Source: a virus (lineage: Duplodnaviria; Caudoviricetes). Taken from it: a DNA stretch of 64,000 nucleotides. The stretch spans positions 1 to 64,000 of IMG/VR virus record IMGVR_UViG_3300025357_000008, one strand, 5' to 3'. Below, in pieces: positions 58,112 to 64,000 of the stretch. Each line of letters starts with the position of its first letter. The stretch's first letter is position 1. The translations under genes and the position numbers were made by a program. Below the pieces are notes generated by a model. The model saw only the letters and a list, made by a program, of their open reading frames with translations, was not told the DNA's origin and searched no databases.

Positions 58112-58711
58112 TTATGAGTTCCTTATCTCGTTTAATGAATCGTGCCACACTTCTTTTGCCGTGGCTTTCTTAAATTGTTGTACTGGTAATGCTAAAGCGA
58201 CATCCCATTCTTCTGGTTGTACCGCCAAAATCCTTGAACGAGTATGTTCGTACAGGTATCGTTTTAAACAGGGTCTAAACTCTTTCAGAGTGCGTGTGGC
58301 GTTGAGTATGTCATAAGTGACGGTCAAACGCTTAATCTCTTCCTCCTCGTTTTTAACGGCTCCATGACGTACCAGTTTTGACATCAATGCCACTCTATAA
58401 TTAAACGGCAAGTAATGCATGTTTAAACCTAAGAAACCATCGTTATACTTTTCAAGCATTAATACCAGTGGAAACTTATCGTAGTACGGCAACTCTTCTT
58501 TCATCTTAGGATCATAGTAGAAGAAGTACATCGCACCTTTTCTAACTGTTTTGGTATTCCTAGAATCTTCTTTTCTAATTGCGGCCGGTATTAATGTAGG
58601 ATTACGCAATTCGGTAATCTTATGTCCGAGCCATTTCAAAGAATCTTGGGACATTGATTTATGTCCAAGAGCCTTTCTTTCGTTTGAGAGTATTGTTAGT
58701 TTTGATGCCAT
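58112..58711 (-). CDS. gp2: DNA end protector (gp2-like)
   Basis: YFFYYDPK..LPYYDKFPLV, GLNMHYLP, PCLKRYL. Confidence 0.9.
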   Translation of the reverse strand: MASKLTILSNERKALGHKSMSQDSLKWLGHKITELRNPTLIPAAIRKEDSRNTKTVRKGAMYFFYYDPKMKEELPYYDKFPLVLMLEKYNDGFLGLNMHYLPFNYRVALMSKLVRHGAVKNEEEEIKRLTVTYDILNATRTLKEFRPCLKRYLYEHTRSRILAVQPEEWDVALALPVQQFKKATAKEVWHDSLNEIRNS

Positions 58712-58714
58712 CTA

Positions 58715-59155
58715 TTATTTAGACAGGCCTAAGTCATCTTCGGTAAGTACTTTGAACTCCCAACCACGGTCTAAACAGTACTCTGTAGCGGCTTTCCATT
58801 TGTTTTGATTGACACCATAAGTATATACTTCATTAACATACTTCTTAGTGATTCGCTGTTGTTTCTTAGGTTCCATAGTCTGAACCTTCGGTTTAATCTC
58901 TATTAAATAAGACTTAATAGTGCCGTCCTTTGTTTTCATTTGAGCATAGAAATCAACAAAGTATCGTCTAGGTCTGCCATCAGATGGGTCACGATACGGT
59001 ATCACAATCTCTTCACTTGCCCAAGATACTACGGCATCGGTCTCATCGAGCCATTTCATATATCGGTATTCCCAAGTAGAACGCCATCTGATGTTTTTGT
59101 GGTCGCCACGATACTTTTGTGGGTTTCGTGGGACAAATTTTCCGCTATAAGCCAT
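58715..59155 (-). CDS. gp4: Head completion nuclease (gp4-like)
   Basis: YSGKF.P.NP.KY.GD, RSTWE, WASEE, RYFVDF, EIKP, NQNKWKAA. Confidence 0.92.
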   Translation of the reverse strand: MAYSGKFVPRNPQKYRGDHKNIRWRSTWEYRYMKWLDETDAVVSWASEEIVIPYRDPSDGRPRRYFVDFYAQMKTKDGTIKSYLIEIKPKVQTMEPKKQQRITKKYVNEVYTYGVNQNKWKAATEYCLDRGWEFKVLTEDDLGLSK

Positions 59156-59182
59156 ATTATTACCAATTATTGAATGTCCCGT

Positions 59183-59199
59183 TATTTATGATATAAATA
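59183..59199. promoter_or_regulatory. Divergent T4-type late promoters
   Basis: TATAAATA on + (59192-59199) before gp48 and CATAAATA on - (59183-59190) before gp4. Confidence 0.7.
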
Positions 59200-59224
59200 C
59201 CTCTAACAACTATTCTCTAGGCAC

Positions 59225-60568
59225 ATGTCATTTATTACCAATCCAGCCAAAAACGGGCTACAAGTACCATTTAAGCAACTTGCAGGCCCTCTAGCAAAAC
59301 TTTTTAATAAAGAAGGTTCTGGCAATTTTGTTTATCCATCAGATTTAACAACAAATCCGGCAATGAGTCATGCCGTACAGTTTTCAATTTACGATTGGAA
59401 CACACCTTTTGCAGAATCTATTAGTAATGCCCCATATACTGCAAGTGCGGCCGCTCAAACTGCTGTCGGTGCATATCAAGAAGCGGTAACAAAATTTAAT
59501 GAGGCAAGAAGTGCGTATTCAAAAGAAGGTGGTTCGATACCAGCTAATCTTGAAGCATTACAAGCCGCTACAACTTCATTAGAAGCAAAATTAGTTAGTG
59601 CCGCTCCTGCACTTTTCAGTTTATTTCAATCTAGTTATTCAGCAACAACATATAAGCCAAGAAAAAAATCAAACATACTTTCAAAAATATCTTTGTATTT
59701 ACCGGATACATTAACTGCATCTTGGGATTCAAATTACAATTCGGTAAGTATGACTCAAGAACTTGGCAAACTTGGTTTTTTAGCGAGTGCGGCAGATTCT
59801 ATTAAAAGTCTTTCTAAGAATGGTATTTCAAATATAACTGCATCAGATATTCTATCCGATCCTAATGCTAAATCTGCAATATCAACACTATTAGGTACGT
59901 TAGGTGGTAAATTAGGTGGTTCTGCCGATAATCAAACACAATTATTAGAACAAGCCCTAGGTCAGTTTGTTAATCCTCAAACTCAATTAATATATCAAGG
60001 TAGAGACTTCAGAAACTTTACGATGACCTTTATATTCACACCAAAAAGTTCTGCTGAGGCTGAGACTGTTCAAAATATTATTGACACATTCACATACTAT
60101 TCTTCACCTGGTCTAATAAATGCTGGTTCAACAGATGCCGGTAGATACTTAACACCACCACAACTAATGTCTGTAAAAATGGTATTCACAGGACAAAATG
60201 GTATTACTGGTTCTGTTATCACTCAACTCAAAAGTGCATTAAATAATGCAGGATTAGGTTTCTTAAATTCAAATCATAGTCTAACTGATACAATTTCAAG
60301 CGGACAAAAAGCAAAGATTTTTGATATTAAAGAATGTGTAATCACAAACGTTGCGGTTGATTATGCACCTAACGGTTGGGCCGCATTTAGTGATGGTTAT
60401 CCTGTTCAAACTACAATGACACTTAGTATGATGGAAACATCTATCTTTACAAAAGCAGACGTTAAGAATAGTAAAGTTAGTAAAAACTATCAAGATTATC
60501 AAGCCGCACTTGCAAAACAAGCGGCTGAAGACCAGCAACATTATCTTGGTGGAGGTTACGGCGCATGA
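59225..60568 (+). CDS. gp48: Baseplate tail-tube cap (gp48-like)
   Basis: YPSDL, ISLYLP, NPQTQLIYQG..FRNF.MTF.FTPKS..E, VDYAPNG. Confidence 0.85.
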   Translation: MSFITNPAKNGLQVPFKQLAGPLAKLFNKEGSGNFVYPSDLTTNPAMSHAVQFSIYDWNTPFAESISNAPYTASAAAQTAVGAYQEAVTKFNEARSAYSKEGGSIPANLEALQAATTSLEAKLVSAAPALFSLFQSSYSATTYKPRKKSNILSKISLYLPDTLTASWDSNYNSVSMTQELGKLGFLASAADSIKSLSKNGISNITASDILSDPNAKSAISTLLGTLGGKLGGSADNQTQLLEQALGQFVNPQTQLIYQGRDFRNFTMTFIFTPKSSAEAETVQNIIDTFTYYSSPGLINAGSTDAGRYLTPPQLMSVKMVFTGQNGITGSVITQLKSALNNAGLGFLNSNHSLTDTISSGQKAKIFDIKECVITNVAVDYAPNGWAAFSDGYPVQTTMTLSMMETSIFTKADVKNSKVSKNYQDYQAALAKQAAEDQQHYLGGGYGA

Positions 60569-61194
60569 AATACTTTAGTACTTTGCCGGCAACAGCAGTC
60601 TTAGACCAGAACAATAATATTATTGGTGCAGTAGATTTAACTGCAAGAGCATCATTAATACCAAAGTTATCTTTACAGCCTTTATTGTTCTATCAATATA
60701 CAATACAAGAGCAAGATACACCGGAAAATATTGCATACAAATATTATAATGACCAGTACAGATACTGGATGATATTTTATGCAAATAATATTATGGATCC
60801 CAAAGGCGATTGGCCTATGAGCAATCGAGATTTTACAGCATATTTGAATGACAAGTATGGTACTTTAGCGGCGGCAAACAATCAAACCGTGACTGCATAT
60901 TGTCAATCTACAATATATAGCTATCAAAAAGTTATAACTACATACGATAGTTCATCAACACAAACGTCAATTAAAACGGTAACTATTGATGCACCAACGT
61001 ATGCAAATACTGCAATATCAAGTTCAACTGCAACGTTCCCAAGCGGTACTGTAACGTATACTGTTTCAAAAAATATCATATCAGTTTTAGATTATGAAAA
61101 TCAACTGAATGAATCTAAAAGAAATATAAACATAATCAATAGTATATACGCAAACGATATTGAAAATCAATTTACTTCGTTAATGAATAGTTAA
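60565..61194 (+). CDS. gp53: Baseplate wedge protein (gp53-like, LysM-like)
   Basis: MKYFS, DTPENIAYKYY...YWMI..AN..DP..DWPMS, YENQLNESKR. Confidence 0.9.
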   Translation: MKYFSTLPATAVLDQNNNIIGAVDLTARASLIPKLSLQPLLFYQYTIQEQDTPENIAYKYYNDQYRYWMIFYANNIMDPKGDWPMSNRDFTAYLNDKYGTLAAANNQTVTAYCQSTIYSYQKVITTYDSSSTQTSIKTVTIDAPTYANTAISSSTATFPSGTVTYTVSKNIISVLDYENQLNESKRNINIINSIYANDIENQFTSLMNS

Positions 61195-61195
61195 A

Positions 61196-62650
61196 ATGGC
61201 AGACCAAATTTCGTCACTTAAAAGTGTCATAGATTTTGAGTTAGATTACATCAATCTATTGACTCCATCTTTAGCAAATCCTTTACCATTAAAGGAACAA
61301 TTTAAAGAGTTAAATTATTATGAAGACATCTATAGTAGCACAATTTATGGTGAATTGGTATTGTTTGATGCAACGAATATTATCTCTAATTTGAGATTAA
61401 ACGGTACAGAGTTTATCGAATTTAAATTAAGAAAACATAAAAACGATAATGTAGCAATCGAAAGAACGTTCAGGATTTATAAAATCGGTGAACGTATTAT
61501 GGATGTTTCAAAGAATCAAGAATCATTCATTGTATATTTCTGCTCTGAAGAATTAATGTTATCTGAAAGATACAGAATATCAAAATCATTTAAGAATTCT
61601 CAAATAAGTGATATCGTAAACGATATATTTACCACATATCTTAAACTCACACCACAGTCGGTAACTTTAACAAGACCTAAGAACGCACAAACGAAACGTT
61701 TTTATATTGACCCAACACTAGGTCTGTATGATTTTATTCTGCCAAACAAAAAAATATTTGAGACCTTACATTGGTTAACATTGTATGCAAGACCGGCAAC
61801 ATTAAATCCTGGTGCAGATTATCTGTTCTTCGAGAACATTAATGGTTATAACTTTGTGTCATTGCAGTCTCTGTTTACAAAAGAACCATTCAAAACTTTC
61901 TATTACAATCCGCAGAACGTCTCAATTGAAATCTCTGCTCAAGCAGTTGCGGTAAATCATATGGAAGTGGTAAAGTTTTTTGATGTTTTAGAAGCGACAT
62001 CACAAGGTATTTTTAATAATCGTTTGATAAGTATTGACCCATTGACACGAAATGTTAATGTAACAGATTTCTTTTATGACCAGTACTTTGCATTATCGCA
62101 AACATTAAACAAAGCACCGTTAACTACATCATTACAAAATCGTTGGGGTGATGTAATGTATCATTCACCTAATGATTCTAGAATGGAAGTCGGTGCTTTA
62201 AGGCTTGCCCCAACTAATTATAATGAGAAACAACTTTTCACTTCACCTGAAACTAATTCATCTGTCGCACATGACATACATATTGAACAATATATACCGA
62301 ATAGAGTTGCTCAGTTAGGTCTTGCAAACTATATGAAAATTAAGATTATTATTCCTGGTGACAGTCAAATTTATGTTGGTATGGTTTTGAATTTCAAAAC
62401 ATATGATTTGACACCGACACAATTATCTACACCGAATAGTGAGGCAAAGAAATATGATTTATTCTATTCTGGTAAATATCTTGTTACTGGTGTAAGACAC
62501 ATAGTCGGTAAGACAGAATACAAAACAATAATTGAAATGGTAAAAGAAAGTTTTGGTACTAATGATAAACATTATTTGCCAGCACCACCAAATCCTTTAA
62601 CGCAAGGCTTTCAGAATGCCGTGAACGGAATACAAAATGTCGAATCGTAA
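61196..62650 (+). CDS. Baseplate hub protein (gp27-like position)
   Basis: YEDIYS, YLFFEN..GYNFVSL, IPGD, SGKYLVTGVRH; between gp53 and gp5. Confidence 0.65.
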   Translation: MADQISSLKSVIDFELDYINLLTPSLANPLPLKEQFKELNYYEDIYSSTIYGELVLFDATNIISNLRLNGTEFIEFKLRKHKNDNVAIERTFRIYKIGERIMDVSKNQESFIVYFCSEELMLSERYRISKSFKNSQISDIVNDIFTTYLKLTPQSVTLTRPKNAQTKRFYIDPTLGLYDFILPNKKIFETLHWLTLYARPATLNPGADYLFFENINGYNFVSLQSLFTKEPFKTFYYNPQNVSIEISAQAVAVNHMEVVKFFDVLEATSQGIFNNRLISIDPLTRNVNVTDFFYDQYFALSQTLNKAPLTTSLQNRWGDVMYHSPNDSRMEVGALRLAPTNYNEKQLFTSPETNSSVAHDIHIEQYIPNRVAQLGLANYMKIKIIIPGDSQIYVGMVLNFKTYDLTPTQLSTPNSEAKKYDLFYSGKYLVTGVRHIVGKTEYKTIIEMVKESFGTNDKHYLPAPPNPLTQGFQNAVNGIQNVES

Positions 62651-62960
62651 TACTTTTTTTGGTTTCAATGGTTTTGTTTGGTGGGTTGGTGTCATCACTA
62701 ACAATTCAGACCCATTAACAATAGGTAGATGTCAAGTTAGAATTTTTGGTTGGCATTCACCTTTACAAGAGATGCTTCCTGATTCGGATTTGCCTTGGGC
62801 ACATCCATTACTACCTATAAATAATTCGACTTCATTTGAGACGCCTGATATAGGTGAATGGGTGATGGGTTTCTTTATGGACGGTGAGTCAGGACAATTT
62901 CCAATAATGATGGGTATTTTACCTAAAGCGACAACAGACGGTATCACACCGAATGAATAA
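62637..62960 (+). CDS. Stand-alone gp5 N-terminal OB-fold domain
   Basis: FVWWVGV...DPLTIGRCQVRIFGWH...LPWA...GEWVMGFFMDG...P. Confidence 0.85.
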   Translation: MSNRNTFFGFNGFVWWVGVITNNSDPLTIGRCQVRIFGWHSPLQEMLPDSDLPWAHPLLPINNSTSFETPDIGEWVMGFFMDGESGQFPIMMGILPKATTDGITPNE

Positions 62961-62970
62961 GGAGTAATAA

Positions 62971-63702
62971 ATGGCAGATTCAACAACACAAGGTTCTACA
63001 GGTTCGCAACCAGTTTCAGATTTACAAAAAGCAAGAGAGTTCTATGCGGCTCAACCTTTGTCACCTCTTGCAAATACAAATGCCTCCGCTACAAGTGTTC
63101 TACCGGCAGGTGTGAATCTTGAAGCTGTATCTGCACCAGCAACAGCAGGAACTAATCCATTTGATATTGCGGGTAATGCCACAGTCGTTGAGGTACCTAA
63201 TGTATCAGCGACATCAGCAAGTAATAATACAAACCCAAATATTGCACAGAAAACAGGTACAAGCGGAACAACACCTGCTACTGCAACAGGTGTGACAAAA
63301 GGTACGCCAGTAGCAAACGCAAATTCAAAAACAGTTCACGTATGTGATATTTGTAATGGTATGGCGAGTACAATTGCACAAGCAAGGTCTGCAATTCTAA
63401 AAGCGTTGAAAGAACTTAGAACTGCAATTCTTAAAGCATTGGGCTTAGGTGATGTTGAGGCTCAAATTAAAGCGGCTAAGGCCGCCGCCGCTTGGGTTAA
63501 GAAAGTAATTAAAACAATACAAGATACAATTCAAACCATTCAAGCATACATAAAGTGGATTACAAATTTGATTGAGACACTTAAGAAGGCAATTGAAGAT
63601 GCAATTAAGAACGGTCTTCAACATCTAGTGGATCAATTTAAACAATGTCTTGCTGAAGCAGAAGCATCAGCGGCAAAAGCAGTTTCCGCATCGAAAGCAT
63701 AA
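62971..63702 (+). CDS. Ala/Thr-rich and coiled-coil protein between the gp5 halves
   Basis: Own AAGGAG RBS; low-complexity N-half, HVCDIC, helical C-half. Confidence 0.55.
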   Translation: MADSTTQGSTGSQPVSDLQKAREFYAAQPLSPLANTNASATSVLPAGVNLEAVSAPATAGTNPFDIAGNATVVEVPNVSATSASNNTNPNIAQKTGTSGTTPATATGVTKGTPVANANSKTVHVCDICNGMASTIAQARSAILKALKELRTAILKALGLGDVEAQIKAAKAAAAWVKKVIKTIQDTIQTIQAYIKWITNLIETLKKAIEDAIKNGLQHLVDQFKQCLAEAEASAAKAVSASKA

Positions 63703-63714
63703 TAGGATTAAATT

Positions 63715-64000
63715 ATGACAATACCTGATAGTTCATGGTCTGAACCGTTTTCAACGGCAAAACCACAGTACCCCTACAACAATGTAAAGCAGACTAGGGG
63801 TGGTCATCTATTTGAAATGGATGATACACCTGGTGCAGAAAGAATTCGTTTGCAACATGGAACGGCAAACAATTTTACAGAATGGCAAGCAGACGGCACA
63901 GGAATTACTAAGATTTTCGGTAATGGTTATCAAATTACAATGGCAAACAACAATGTCTACATAGGTGGACAATGTAATATTACCGTTGTAGGTCCTTCAG
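63715..64000 (+). CDS. gp5 C-terminal part (beta-helix spike), truncated by the window end
   Basis: Hand-translated WSEP...PQYPYNNVKQTRGGHLFEMDDTPGAERIRLQH. Confidence 0.85.
   Translation, partial: MTIPDSSWSEPFSTAKPQYPYNNVKQTRGGHLFEMDDTPGAERIRLQHGTANNFTEWQADGTGITKIFGNGYQITMANNNVYIGGQCNITVVGPS

Noticed and set aside
929-62989. Many short antisense or alternative-frame ORFs inside long genes (e.g. 9257, 12514, 28957, 34818, 54432, 62732)
   Set aside because: Shadow frames with no RBS or motifs. Only 3534..3746 was kept, for its lipobox and spanin context.
1-64000. Stop-codon reassignment or prophage/host boundary
   Set aside because: Core genes are full length in the standard code; no integrase, att context or host housekeeping block was seen.

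Overview
64 kb of an AT-rich, lytic T4-like myovirus genome. The host is probably a freshwater Betaproteobacterium, inferred from the LexA/OxyR-type boxes and the tmRNA tag. Left to right: (1) putative head-internal proteins and a lysis cluster (embedded spanin pair, GH19 endolysin, holin-like proteins); (2) replication and nucleotide metabolism (gp61 primase, ThyX, NrdA/NrdB, thioredoxin, GIY-YIG nuclease, RNase H); (3) a long accessory region of small ORFs (about 15.5-48.5 kb) with CobT/CobS-like proteins, three of the four 2OG-Fe(II) oxygenases and two adhesin-like genes; (4) a circularly permuted two-piece tmRNA, an OMP-like gene, SleB, gp33, gp59, gp32 and rubrerythrin-rubredoxin; (5) the tail/baseplate module (gp51, 26, 54-like, 2, 4, 48, 53, 27-like and a split gp5). 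The most unusual part is a CC/GG-rich island at about 23.5-28.9 kb. It holds seven sigma70 promoters that share a 27-bp palindromic operator and drive small acidic or conflict-type genes. It also has three copies of a ~34-bp element in direct and inverted orientation and helically phased 13-mers, and it ends in four LexA (SOS) boxes spaced exactly 32 bp apart. Across the window, GATC and GCNGC survive almost only where they overlap CC/GG, which suggests a context-specific DNA modification. All motif counts are by eye and all product calls come from motif recognition and synteny, not database searches.
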